This document shows, piece by piece, positions 53,688 to 62,828 of a stretch of DNA of 64,000 bases. The DNA lies in contig CAYGBE010000214.1 of assembly GCA_964348065.1 (NCBI GenBank), positions 2,572-66,571 of the forward strand. The letters are read 5' to 3'. The notes under the pieces are model-generated. The model worked only from the letters and a program-made list of their open reading frames with translations, had not been told where the DNA came from and made no database searches. Within the stretch, counting starts at the first letter, position 1, and every line of letters begins with the position of its first letter. The stretch comes from an uncultured archaeon. Lineage in GTDB: Archaea > Aenigmatarchaeota > Aenigmatarchaeia > Aenigmatarchaeales > Aenigmatarchaeaceae. Position numbers and translations under genes: made by a program.

Positions 53688-55007
53688 ATGAGTATTTTTA
53701 GGGCTTATGACATACGTGGAATTTATGGAAAAGATCTTACTGATGAAGTGGCATTAAAAATAGGTAAAGCTCTAGGAACTTTATTAAAGGGAAAAGAAAA
53801 AGTTTGTATTGGTTATGATACAAGACCCTCTTCTCCCATTATATTAAAAAATTTTGTTTCTGGTTTAGTTTCTACTGGTTGTAATGTAATCTCTTTGGGA
53901 ATGGCCCCAAATCCCATTGCCTATTTTTTTGCTTGGAAAAATAAAATATTTGGTTGTCATATAACTGCAAGTCATAATCCTGTGGAATGGAATGGATTTA
54001 AAATATTTAAACCAAATGGTGTTAGTTTTACTAAAGAAATGAAAACTCTTGAAAATGTTTTTAATTCAGAAAAATTCATTGTTAGAAATAATGGAAAGGT
54101 TACAGAAGAGAAGAACATAATAAAAGAATATAGTAATTTTTTAAAAAATAAAATTGGGAATGTTAATGGAAAAATTGTTGTTGATTTTTTAGGTGGTGCT
54201 GGTGTAAAAGCCATTGAAATTTTTAAAGAAATGGGATTGGATATAATACCATTACATGATAAACCAGATGCAAGTCTATATGGATTTCATAGACTAGAGC
54301 CTTGGGGAGAACTCTTAAACACTGCAAAAGAAACTGTTAAAAAAGAAAAAGCTGATTTTGGTGTTGCTTTTGATTGTGATGCGGATAGATCTGTTTTCAT
54401 TAGTTCTGCTGGTAAATATGTTGACTCGAGTATCATAAATGGAATTTTTATTAAAAATATATTAAAAATAAAAAAAGGGAAGATTGTTGCAACATTCAAT
54501 TGTGCTAGTGAATTAGAAAACTTTTCTAAAAATCTTGGTGGAAAACTTATTTGGTTTAGGATTGGCCATAGTTTCATAGAAGAAAAAATTGTAGAAGAAA
54601 ATGCTCTATTTGCCGGAGAAGAAAGCTCTCATTTTTATTTTAATGAAATTTACCCCTTTTCAGATGGTATTCTCTCAACTTTATATCTCTCTAAAATCCT
54701 TAAAGAAACAAACAGGAAATTTGATGAATTAATTAAAGAAATAAAATTTCATCCTATCGAAAGTTTGTACATAAATGCTAAAACAGATGAAAACAAAATA
54801 AAAGTTGTGGAAAAATTAAGGGAAAAATATCCAAATTCTATAGACATAATGGATGGTTTCAAAATAAAATTAAACGATATAGAATGGGTTCTCATAAGAA
54901 CAAGTAACACACTACCTGAAGTAAATTTATGTGTAGAAGCAAAGAATAAAAAAAGATTAAAAGAATTGATATCAAAATATTCTGAAATTATTAAAAAACA
55001 AATTTAA
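53688..55007 (+). CDS. phosphoglucomutase/phosphomannomutase family protein
   Basis: 439 aa. FRAYDIRG, the phosphoserine loop ITASHNP and the metal loop FDCDADR. Confidence 0.8.
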   Translation: MSIFRAYDIRGIYGKDLTDEVALKIGKALGTLLKGKEKVCIGYDTRPSSPIILKNFVSGLVSTGCNVISLGMAPNPIAYFFAWKNKIFGCHITASHNPVEWNGFKIFKPNGVSFTKEMKTLENVFNSEKFIVRNNGKVTEEKNIIKEYSNFLKNKIGNVNGKIVVDFLGGAGVKAIEIFKEMGLDIIPLHDKPDASLYGFHRLEPWGELLNTAKETVKKEKADFGVAFDCDADRSVFISSAGKYVDSSIINGIFIKNILKIKKGKIVATFNCASELENFSKNLGGKLIWFRIGHSFIEEKIVEENALFAGEESSHFYFNEIYPFSDGILSTLYLSKILKETNRKFDELIKEIKFHPIESLYINAKTDENKIKVVEKLREKYPNSIDIMDGFKIKLNDIEWVLIRTSNTLPEVNLCVEAKNKKRLKELISKYSEIIKKQI

Positions 55008-56011
55008 TATTTTTTTGCAATACTAGCAAGTCTTTCAGGAATTATATGTGGTACTGTTTCTTCTGAAAATTCTAAGTAACCTTCCCAAGCTTTTATTCCT
55101 TGACTTAAGGGAGCTCTTGAAAATATTCTAAACTGATTGCAGAAATCATCTCTAGGAGCTGCACTAAGATTAATAATATTAAATTGGTCAGAAACTTTAT
55201 CAATTGTAATTCTTACTGCCTTGTCTATAAATCTTGCAACAGCATTTATTTCTTTAGTATTCATTTTTTGAAAACTAGAAGTTTCTAAAGTCATAACAAC
55301 AAACTCTGTTTTTCCAAAAACAGGTGACCACTCAACAAAAAACACAACTTTACTTTCTGGGTCAAAATCTATAACCAATTCTCTTTCAAGCAAAGCTTTG
55401 ACCCAAGCTTTCCAATATTTTTTAGTTCCTAATTTCAAAGATAACTCGGTTTTGGCTAAAATTGTGTCCTCACAATGAAACTGGCCATGAAAATGTTCTA
55501 AAGAAGATGCTGCTTTGGAACCACAATTAACATTCAAAGAAACATATTTTTTCTTAGAAACTTTTCCTATTTTTTGTACAAGTTTAATACTGTCTACCCA
55601 ATTATTCAACATAAGATCTCTTGGATCTATTACATGTTTTTTATAGTTATGAACTACCACACCATGTATTTTCGAAAATGGAAACAAATTTGAAAAAGCA
55701 AGAGATTCATTTAAGATGTATTGTTTTTTTAATCCTGTTTCTTTTGAAAACTTAGCACATTCAGTAGGATTACAAAAGAAGCATTTTAATGATGGAGTTT
55801 TAAAACCAAGAGAAGTTGTTTCTATTTTTCTAGACTCTCTTTCAGGAGCTATTCTAGATCTAGAATAAAAGGCAGGGTTTTTCCTTATCTTAATTTCACA
55901 GCCTTTAGACTGTCCTGAAGGTTCTATAACAAAACATTTAACTGGTTTTTCTAGTTTTTTTAGGTCTGTTTTTCTAATGCTTTTTAGATATTTTTCTAAG
56001 GCTTCAAGCAT
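55004..56011 (-). CDS. GalT-like hexose-1-phosphate nucleotidyltransferase (HIT superfamily)
   Basis: 335 aa. The zinc-type CFFCNP and the histidine motif SLEHFHGQFH correspond to the HxHxQ active site of GalT-type enzymes. Confidence 0.55.
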   Translation of the reverse strand: MLEALEKYLKSIRKTDLKKLEKPVKCFVIEPSGQSKGCEIKIRKNPAFYSRSRIAPERESRKIETTSLGFKTPSLKCFFCNPTECAKFSKETGLKKQYILNESLAFSNLFPFSKIHGVVVHNYKKHVIDPRDLMLNNWVDSIKLVQKIGKVSKKKYVSLNVNCGSKAASSLEHFHGQFHCEDTILAKTELSLKLGTKKYWKAWVKALLERELVIDFDPESKVVFFVEWSPVFGKTEFVVMTLETSSFQKMNTKEINAVARFIDKAVRITIDKVSDQFNIINLSAAPRDDFCNQFRIFSRAPLSQGIKAWEGYLEFSEETVPHIIPERLASIAKKY

Positions 56012-56063
56012 AAAAATATTTTATATAACTTTTATTAATAGTTTTAAAAATCAACTATTATTT

Positions 56064-56137
56064 GCCCCTATAGTTCAATTTGGATAGAACAACTCCCTGC
56101 GGAGGAGTTAATCCGCGTTCAAATCGCGGTGGGGGCA
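56064..56137 (+). tRNA. tRNA-Arg (anticodon GCG)
   Basis: Cloverleaf folded by hand:
- acceptor: GCCCCTA/TGGGGGC
- D-arm: GTTC-AATTTGGATA-GAAC
- anticodon arm: ACTCC-CTGCGGA-GGAGT
- variable loop: 4 nt
- T-arm: CCGCG-TTCAAAT-CGCGG
- discriminator: A
Total length is 74 nt, with no encoded CCA and no intron. Confidence 0.9.
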
Positions 56138-56167
56138 TTTATTTTAATAGAAAAGTAATATTTTGAT

Positions 56168-56476
56168 ATGGTAGAATCTCCAATTGTTATTTTGATTGAA
56201 TTATTGGGAGCCTTAATTGAAAACTTTATTGGTAGTTTTCAAATCGTTTACATAAAAATGATTGATCTTTTTATCTCATTATCAATCATATCTGGACTTA
56301 ATCCAGCTGGTTTTGTTATTGCTATATTAATTGGCTCTATAGTTCTGTTTTTTATAATAAAATTTGTTTTTGGTTCATCAAAGATCCTATTAGTAATATT
56401 CCTTTTTTATTTTGTACTTATAGTAATGCTTTCAATATCTTTATTAGCAGTATCTTCAGTTCCACCTACTTCTTAG
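56168..56476 (+). CDS. small membrane protein
   Basis: 102 aa, three hydrophobic segments. No family recognised. Confidence 0.35.
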   Translation: MVESPIVILIELLGALIENFIGSFQIVYIKMIDLFISLSIISGLNPAGFVIAILIGSIVLFFIIKFVFGSSKILLVIFLFYFVLIVMLSISLLAVSSVPPTS

Positions 56477-56478
56477 AA

Positions 56479-57177
56479 CTAAAGTTTTTGAATTAATTTA
56501 GCAGTATTAATCAGAACTTTTTCTAATCTTTCAAGCTCAACCTTTTCCATTAATATAAACTCAACAGAAGTCACAAAACCGTCTTTAATTAGAAAATTGG
56601 GAGTAACATGCACATATAACATGCCTTTTTTTATTAAGTTAATTAAAAATCTGTTCTTATTCAAGAACTTGTAAACTTTTTCTGCTTTTTCATTATGTAG
56701 ACAAAATAGTCTGTACAAACCTAAAGCTAGACTGTAAAGTCCCATAAAAAAGAACATAAACAAAACAATTGCTCTAAATGGTATTAGCATTGGAACTTGA
56801 AATAGTGTAAACCAAATCAAATAAGATGTGTATAACAAAAACATTCCTATTAGAGTTACTAAAACAACTCTTACAGGCAGGTTTTTCCAATTTGCAGGCC
56901 TAAACTTTTTCTTTCCCTCATCATAAACTACCCATAAATTGTGTGGTTTTGCGTATGCTCTTAAAACATAAGTAAATGGATATTGGACTAATTCTACTCT
57001 AATCTTTCCTATTTTTTTGATTTTAAGACCTGAAAGAAATATGTAAAGGCTTACTGCAATAATCAAAGCTTCGAGTAAAAGAAGCATTGAAAAGGCTTTA
57101 TATGATATTAGAGAAACTGGAAAGGATAGAATAAGTAACACAAAAAAGGTAATTGTCAAAATCTTGAGTTTGCTCAT
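56479..57177 (-). CDS. membrane protein with C-terminal soluble domain
   Basis: 232 aa. Four TM segments followed by about 70 soluble residues. No family recognised. Confidence 0.35.
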   Translation of the reverse strand: MSKLKILTITFFVLLILSFPVSLISYKAFSMLLLLEALIIAVSLYIFLSGLKIKKIGKIRVELVQYPFTYVLRAYAKPHNLWVVYDEGKKKFRPANWKNLPVRVVLVTLIGMFLLYTSYLIWFTLFQVPMLIPFRAIVLFMFFFMGLYSLALGLYRLFCLHNEKAEKVYKFLNKNRFLINLIKKGMLYVHVTPNFLIKDGFVTSVEFILMEKVELERLEKVLINTAKLIQKL

Positions 57178-57209
57178 ATATATAGATAGATTTTTATTTT
57201 ATAAAGGTA

Positions 57210-57545
57210 ATGTTTATTTTCATGGCAACAATAGAGGATTTCAAGAAAATGGATATTAGAGTAGGCAAGGTAATTGAAGTCAAGGACGCAGAAACTAGAA
57301 AACCAATGTATGTTCTTAAAGTCGATTTCGGAGATTTGGGAATTAAGCAAGCCATAGCAGGTATAAAACCGAATTACGAAAAAGAAGAGCTTTTAAATAA
57401 GAAATTTATATTCGTAATTAATCTAGAGCCTAAAAGAATAGCAAATATTTTGTCAGAATGCATGATTTTAGCAGCAGAAAAAGATGATAAGGTAGTTATT
57501 TTACAACCTGAAAAAGATATAGAAATTGGTTCAAAGATTTCATAG
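57210..57545 (+). CDS. tRNA-binding domain protein (CsaA/Trbp111/EMAP-like OB fold)
   Basis: 111 aa. DFKKMDIRVGKVIEV...YVLKVDFGDLG..QAIAGIK...LNKKFIFVINLEPKRI is the classic tRNA_bind domain. The alternative ATG at 57222 is possible. Confidence 0.7.
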   Translation: MFIFMATIEDFKKMDIRVGKVIEVKDAETRKPMYVLKVDFGDLGIKQAIAGIKPNYEKEELLNKKFIFVINLEPKRIANILSECMILAAEKDDKVVILQPEKDIEIGSKIS

Positions 57546-57552
57546 TGGTAGA

Positions 57553-58092
57553 ATGGTTGATTTGTGGTTACAGTTCGTAAACTCTTTGTTAATACTTTTT
57601 CCAGCATATGCTGCCAATGGTTTTCCTCCATTGGCTAATGGTAGAAGACCTATAGATCTTAAAAGAAAATGGCACAAAAAAAGAATATTCGGAGATGGAA
57701 AAACAATTGAAGGATTCATATTGGGTTTAGCTGCAGGATTTTTAATTGGAGCTTTAGAGGCTTATCTTTATCCAAACTTAAATGCTTATGCAATGCAATT
57801 TGGAGTTCAATTAACTAATATTAATTTTTTTATTGCTTTTATGATATCTTTTGGGGCATTATGTGGTGATTTGGGCGGGAGTTTTATAAAAAGAAGATTT
57901 GGGTTAAAAAGAGGTTCAGATGTTCCATTGTTAGATCAATGGAATTTTATTATAGGGGCATCGTTGTTTACTTTTTGGCTAACTGAAATAACAATTTGGA
58001 TGTTTTTAATAATGCTTTTAATAACACCAATAGTTCATAGGGTAACTAACATAATAGCTCATAAAATAAAAATAAAAAAAGAGCCATGGTAA
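57553..58092 (+). CDS. carS: CDP-archaeol synthase
   Basis: About 179 aa from the ATG at 57553. PAYAANGFPPL...GDGKTIEG...GDLGGSFIKRRFGLKRG...PLLDQ are the CarS (DUF46) blocks. Confidence 0.7.
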   Translation: MVDLWLQFVNSLLILFPAYAANGFPPLANGRRPIDLKRKWHKKRIFGDGKTIEGFILGLAAGFLIGALEAYLYPNLNAYAMQFGVQLTNINFFIAFMISFGALCGDLGGSFIKRRFGLKRGSDVPLLDQWNFIIGASLFTFWLTEITIWMFLIMLLITPIVHRVTNIIAHKIKIKKEPW

Positions 58093-58093
58093 C

Positions 58094-58777
58094 ATGAAAA
58101 TGGATTGCCATTGTCATACAATTTATAGTAAACATTGGTTTTGGGGTTTTGATGCAATAGACACACCATTAAGAATGATAAAGGTTGCTATAAAAAGAGG
58201 TTTAGACGGTTTAGCAGTAACTGATCATAACACAATTAAAGGCGGTTTAGTTGCAAAAAAAGTTGCAAAGAAATTTAAAAATTTTATTATAATTGTTGGT
58301 TCTGAAATAAGAACAAAGGAAGGAGAAATAATTGGTTTAGATATAAAAAAAGATATTCCAATGGGTCTTAGCATTAAAGAAACTATAGGAAAAATTCATG
58401 ATGCAGGTGGTATAGCAGTGGCTCCGCATCCTTTTGGAAGTTATTTTTTTAGACAATGTGCTGGTGAAAATGCTGCAAAAGCTGATGCTATAGAAGTTTA
58501 TAATTCAACTTTAGCAAAAAAACAAAACAACAGAGCACTGAAACTAGCTAAGAAATTCAAGAAACCGTTTACAGCTGGAAGTGATGCCCACTCTGCAAGA
58601 GAAGTTGGAAATGCAGGAATAATATTTAATGGAGAACCCATAAACGCAATTTTAAAAAAGAAAATAAAAATCTTCGGAAAACATACCTCTCTTATAGAAA
58701 CAGCCAGAACAGTTTCTAAGAAATATATTAGATCTCTTGAATGGAGAATATCAGGAAGGAAAAGAAAATATACTTAA
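58094..58777 (+). CDS. PHP-domain metal-dependent phosphoesterase
   Basis: 227 aa. MDCHCHTIYS, VTDHNT and the C-terminal GSDAHS motifs. Confidence 0.7.
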   Translation: MKMDCHCHTIYSKHWFWGFDAIDTPLRMIKVAIKRGLDGLAVTDHNTIKGGLVAKKVAKKFKNFIIIVGSEIRTKEGEIIGLDIKKDIPMGLSIKETIGKIHDAGGIAVAPHPFGSYFFRQCAGENAAKADAIEVYNSTLAKKQNNRALKLAKKFKKPFTAGSDAHSAREVGNAGIIFNGEPINAILKKKIKIFGKHTSLIETARTVSKKYIRSLEWRISGRKRKYT

Positions 58778-59323
58778 AATCCAATTTAATCCATAAAATC
58801 CTGCATAAGCTAAAGCTAAATTCAATATTATTTTACCAATTAAAGATGCGATAAAAAATTTTTTCAAAGGATATCTTAGAGTTCCTCCTAGTAGACCAAC
58901 AATATCATCTGGAAGAGGTGTTGCAGCAAATAAAACTATTACCAGAAATCCTCCATATCTTTGAAATAATTTTTCTACTTTTTCTATATCTTTTTTATAT
59001 TTTTTCTCTATGACTTTTCTTCCTCCTAAACCTAAACCATAGCCCGTAAACTCTCCAACTGCAGCTCCTAATCCTGCAATCAAACCAACTAAAAGTGGAT
59101 TTAAACTAAAAAGTGTTGGAGATGTGAATATAATTATAGCAAAACCAAATGGAAATATTATTGTTGAAGATTCTACCAAGCTAATTAAAAAAATTCCAAA
59201 ATATCCGTATCTTTCCATTAGGGAAAAAAGGAAATCCTGATTACTCCAAAATAACCAACCAAAAATAGAAACTGTTATAATTATTGTTATTATAACTAAA
59301 ATCCATTTTTTTGGAATTATCAT
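58751..59323 (-). CDS. DedA/VTT-domain membrane protein
   Basis: 190 aa. GYFGIFLISLVESSTIIFP and PLPDDIVGLLGGTLRYPLKKF are typical of the DedA/SNARE-associated family. Confidence 0.6.
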   Translation of the reverse strand: MIIPKKWILVIITIIITVSIFGWLFWSNQDFLFSLMERYGYFGIFLISLVESSTIIFPFGFAIIIFTSPTLFSLNPLLVGLIAGLGAAVGEFTGYGLGLGGRKVIEKKYKKDIEKVEKLFQRYGGFLVIVLFAATPLPDDIVGLLGGTLRYPLKKFFIASLIGKIILNLALAYAGFYGLNWILSIFSFPS

Positions 59324-59628
59324 TAGATCATCTTAACATAGTTTTTCATTATTTTTTTGGCTTCTTTTAATTCTTTTTTGCCCTTTTCTGTGATTTCATA
59401 AAAAACAATCTTACCTTCCTTTTTTGATTTAACAAAACCTCCTACCTCTAGTAAATAAAGGACTTTATAAGAAGTCATTAAGCCTGTTAAAAACCCGTAC
59501 TTCTGTTTTATAAGTCTTCTAAGTTCTTTTCCATATCTTCTTTTTTTAGATAAAGCAGATAAAATAAAGAGCCAGAGATTTTCCTTCTCTACCTTTCTTT
59601 TTAACCTCTCTATGGGCCTTTGAACCAT
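59323..59628 (-). CDS. PadR-like winged-helix regulator
   Basis: 101 aa. RRYGKELRRLIKQKYGFLTGLMTSYKVLYLLEVGGFVKSK...YEITEKGKKEL. A 1-nt overlap with the DedA gene start. Confidence 0.55.
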   Translation of the reverse strand: MVQRPIERLKRKVEKENLWLFILSALSKKRRYGKELRRLIKQKYGFLTGLMTSYKVLYLLEVGGFVKSKKEGKIVFYEITEKGKKELKEAKKIMKNYVKMI

Positions 59629-59682
59629 AAATATGTTTTATGACTGTAAAACTTAAATATATGTTTTACAATATCATAAAAT

Positions 59683-60774
59683 ATGATTAAAATAGCTATA
59701 GCAGGCATCGGAAACTGTGCTAGCGCACTTATTCAAGGCATTCATTTTTACAAAAGTGAAAACGAAGTAATTGGATTAATGCATTATAAAATAGGAAATT
59801 ACATGCCCAGTGATATTAAAGTAGTAGCTGCTTTTGATACAGACAAAAGAAAGGTTGGTAAAGATGTTTCTGAAGCAATTTTTGCTAAGCCAAATTGTAC
59901 AACTATTTTTTGCAAACACATACCAAAAACTAGGGTAAATGTTTGTATGGGAAAAATTCTTGACAGTTTTTCTGAACATATGAAAAATTATGATGATGAC
60001 AAAGCGTTTGTTTTATCAGATGAAGAAGAACCAACAAAAGAAGATGTAATTAAAACATTAAAAAATTCTGGAGCAGAAATATTCCTGAATTATTTGCCAG
60101 TGGGGTCGGACGAAGCAGTAAAATTTTATGCAGATTGTTGTTTAAAAGCCGGAGTAGCTTTTATTAATTGTATGCCTGTTTTTATGGCAAGTAGTAAAGA
60201 GTGGAGTAAAAAATTTGAAAAAAAGAATATCCCAATTATCGGAGATGATGTTAAAAGCCAATTGGGTGCTACAATAACACACCGAGTTTTAACAAATTTG
60301 TTCAAAAACAGAGGAGTTAAATTAGAGAGAACGTATCAACTAAATACTGGAGGTAATACAGATTTTTTGAATATGTTAAATAGAGAAAGATTAAACTCTA
60401 AAAAAATATCAAAAACAAAAGCTGTTCAATCTGTTCTAAATGAACCATTATCAAACGATAATATTCATATAGGACCAAGTGATTATGTACCTTGGCAAGA
60501 AGATAATAAATTAGCATTCATAAGAATGGAGGGAAAATTATTTGGTGGGGTTCCTATGAATTTAGAATTAAGATTATCTGTTGAAGATTCACCAAATTCA
60601 GCTGGTGTAGTTATTGATGCTGTAAGGTGCTGTAAGTTAGCTCTTGATAGAAATATTGGTGGTATTCTTTACTCTTCTTCTGCTTATTTTATGAAACATC
60701 CCCCAATCCAAATTAATGATGAGGAAGCTAGAAAAAGAGTAGAAATGTTTATAGATGGAAAAAGAGAAAGATAA
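59683..60774 (+). CDS. myo-inositol-1-phosphate synthase, archaeal type
   Basis: 363 aa. N-terminal Rossmann IKIAIAGIGNCASALIQGI, then IGDDVKSQLGATITHR and LNTGGNTDF. Confidence 0.8.
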   Translation: MIKIAIAGIGNCASALIQGIHFYKSENEVIGLMHYKIGNYMPSDIKVVAAFDTDKRKVGKDVSEAIFAKPNCTTIFCKHIPKTRVNVCMGKILDSFSEHMKNYDDDKAFVLSDEEEPTKEDVIKTLKNSGAEIFLNYLPVGSDEAVKFYADCCLKAGVAFINCMPVFMASSKEWSKKFEKKNIPIIGDDVKSQLGATITHRVLTNLFKNRGVKLERTYQLNTGGNTDFLNMLNRERLNSKKISKTKAVQSVLNEPLSNDNIHIGPSDYVPWQEDNKLAFIRMEGKLFGGVPMNLELRLSVEDSPNSAGVVIDAVRCCKLALDRNIGGILYSSSAYFMKHPPIQINDEEARKRVEMFIDGKRER

Positions 60775-60776
60775 TT

Positions 60777-61364
60777 ATGTTGTGGAAGAAAAGTAATTAT
60801 TTTAATAAAATGGGAAGAAAAATTGGTATTATATTTTCTAAGTTTTCTTTATCTCCTAACCAGTGGACGGGGTTGGGTTTATTATCTGTTTTAATTACCT
60901 TTTATTTCATAATTAATCAAGAATTTCTAATTGCAACGATCCTTTTTGCATTAACTGCTTTTATTGACATGATAGATGGTGCAGTTGCAAGAGTAACAAA
61001 AAAAGTAACAAAATTAGGAGGATATCTTGATAGAGTTATAGATAGAGCAGTAGAGTTTATATTAATCTTTGGACTTTTTCTAAATAATTATCCTGATTTT
61101 ATCATCTCAATGAAAGCATGGCTATTGCTTTTATGTTTTGGATCTTTTATGTCAACTTATACAAGAACAGCAGCTTTTGAAAAGGGAACATTAAAAGATG
61201 TTAAGGGAGGTATTTTAGAACATACTGACAGAATGATTTTTTTCTTTTTAATTATTCTAATTTCCAATTTCTCTTTTCAATATGCTTCATATTTGATTGT
61301 AATAACTACAATATTAGCTAATGTGTCAGCTTTGCAAAGATTTCTAATAGCAATAAAAAGATAA
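60777..61364 (+). CDS. CDP-alcohol phosphatidyltransferase (archaetidylinositol-phosphate synthase candidate)
   Basis: 195 aa. The signature DMIDGAVARVTKKVTKLGGYLDRVIDR corresponds to D-x2-DG-x2-AR-x8-G-x3-D-x3-D. It lies directly after the inositol-phosphate synthase gene. Confidence 0.7.
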   Translation: MLWKKSNYFNKMGRKIGIIFSKFSLSPNQWTGLGLLSVLITFYFIINQEFLIATILFALTAFIDMIDGAVARVTKKVTKLGGYLDRVIDRAVEFILIFGLFLNNYPDFIISMKAWLLLLCFGSFMSTYTRTAAFEKGTLKDVKGGILEHTDRMIFFFLIILISNFSFQYASYLIVITTILANVSALQRFLIAIKR

Positions 61365-61389
61365 ATATAAGTAAAACAGATTTGGTTTT

Positions 61390-61728
61390 ATGAAACAAGC
61401 TATTCTAGTAAGAACTGATTTGAAAATGGGAAAGGGTAAAATAGCTGCTCAAAGTGCTCATGCTAGTTTTGCAGCTTTTCTAAAATGTAATAAAAGGGGA
61501 AGAGAAAAATGGATGAAAGAAGGTATGAAAAAAGTTGTTTTAAAAGTTGTTGATGAAAAAGAATTAAAAAAATTCTATAGAAAAGCGAAAAAGGAAAAGT
61601 TGCCTTGTGGTTTTATAAGAGATGCTGGCCTAACTCAAACTAAACCTGGAACCATAACAGCTTTAGGAATAGGGCCTGCAAACGATAAAAAAATAGATAA
61701 AATAACAGGAAAATTGAAACTATTGTGA
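61390..61728 (+). CDS. pth: peptidyl-tRNA hydrolase, archaeal type (Pth2)
   Basis: 112 aa. RTDLKMGKGKIAAQSAHAS...DAGLTQ...GTITALGIGP. Confidence 0.85.
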   Translation: MKQAILVRTDLKMGKGKIAAQSAHASFAAFLKCNKRGREKWMKEGMKKVVLKVVDEKELKKFYRKAKKEKLPCGFIRDAGLTQTKPGTITALGIGPANDKKIDKITGKLKLL

Positions 61729-61732
61729 TATT

Positions 61733-61996
61733 GTGAAGAAAAAATATAAGATAAAAATATATTGGAAACAGATACTTTTGGTTGAAATTATACTTGCAAT
61801 AAGTTTTTTAATCCCATACAACGTAATAGGTGAACTTGAAAATTATGGGTTCCCATTCTCTGTTATAACTATAAACAGGATTTATAATTTTTTAGATATA
61901 CGATGGGACGGCTTGTTGTATAATGTTTTTTTCTATTCGGCCATAGTACTTTTATTAAATGTAATGTGGATAAAAATTAAAAAGAAACGATTATGA
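61733..61996 (+). CDS. small membrane protein
   Basis: 87 aa. GTG start 4 nt after the pth stop. Two hydrophobic segments. Confidence 0.3.
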   Translation: MKKKYKIKIYWKQILLVEIILAISFLIPYNVIGELENYGFPFSVITINRIYNFLDIRWDGLLYNVFFYSAIVLLLNVMWIKIKKKRL

Positions 61997-62796
61997 TGTT
62001 AGAAGAATTCATAAACAAAAATTTCTTAATACCTTTATGTAGATATTATACTCCCATTGGAACAATAGCTTATGGCTTAATTCTGGTTCTAGCTGTTATA
62101 GGAACTTACAAACTTATGAAATTTCTTAAAATAAAAATAGATAAAAAATTCTTTATTGGGCTTTTGCCTTTTATAATATACGGTGGTTGGGCAAGAGCCT
62201 TAAGAGATCATAGATTAGGTATTTATCAAAGCAATCTTTTTTGTTCACCACCAATCTACTTTTTTGTATTTGTAATAGCTCTAGCTTCTCTTTTAATAGG
62301 AATATCAATAGAAAGAGTAACTAAAAAGAAGAAGATGTCCTATGAAAAACCTATGTTTATTATAGGTATTTGCTTTCTGTTGTATAATGCAACTCTAACT
62401 AATATAACACAGTTTTTTGCATTCTCGTTTATTTTGTTTTTAGTTGGAGTTTGGTTCTTAATCTTCTTTTCCATACACAAAATAAAGCCAAAATTGTTAT
62501 CATTAGAAAACGTGGGTATTTTAACTTCACATTTATTTGATGCCAGCGCAACATTCACTGCGATAACGTTTTTTGGATATTATGAACAGCATGTTTTGCC
62601 AAGTTTTTTAATAGATATATTTGGACCTTGGATAATGTTTCCATTGAAAATAGCAGTGGTTTGGCCTGTTTTGTTTTTAGTAGACAGATCTAAGGAAGAC
62701 ACTTTCTTTAAAAGATTTTTAAAAATCATAATTTTGATATTAGGACTATCATTAGGTATAAGAGACTTCTTAACTGTCTCTATGCGAAGCTATTAA
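61993..62796 (+). CDS. polytopic membrane protein (DUF63-like)
   Basis: 267 aa. The N-terminus FLIPLCRYYTPIGTIAYGLILVLAV is followed by seven hydrophobic segments. The family name is from memory and tentative. Confidence 0.4.
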   Translation: MMLEEFINKNFLIPLCRYYTPIGTIAYGLILVLAVIGTYKLMKFLKIKIDKKFFIGLLPFIIYGGWARALRDHRLGIYQSNLFCSPPIYFFVFVIALASLLIGISIERVTKKKKMSYEKPMFIIGICFLLYNATLTNITQFFAFSFILFLVGVWFLIFFSIHKIKPKLLSLENVGILTSHLFDASATFTAITFFGYYEQHVLPSFLIDIFGPWIMFPLKIAVVWPVLFLVDRSKEDTFFKRFLKIIILILGLSLGIRDFLTVSMRSY

Positions 62797-62828
62797 AAGT
62801 TAACAAAAAAATATTAATTAGTGCTTAA

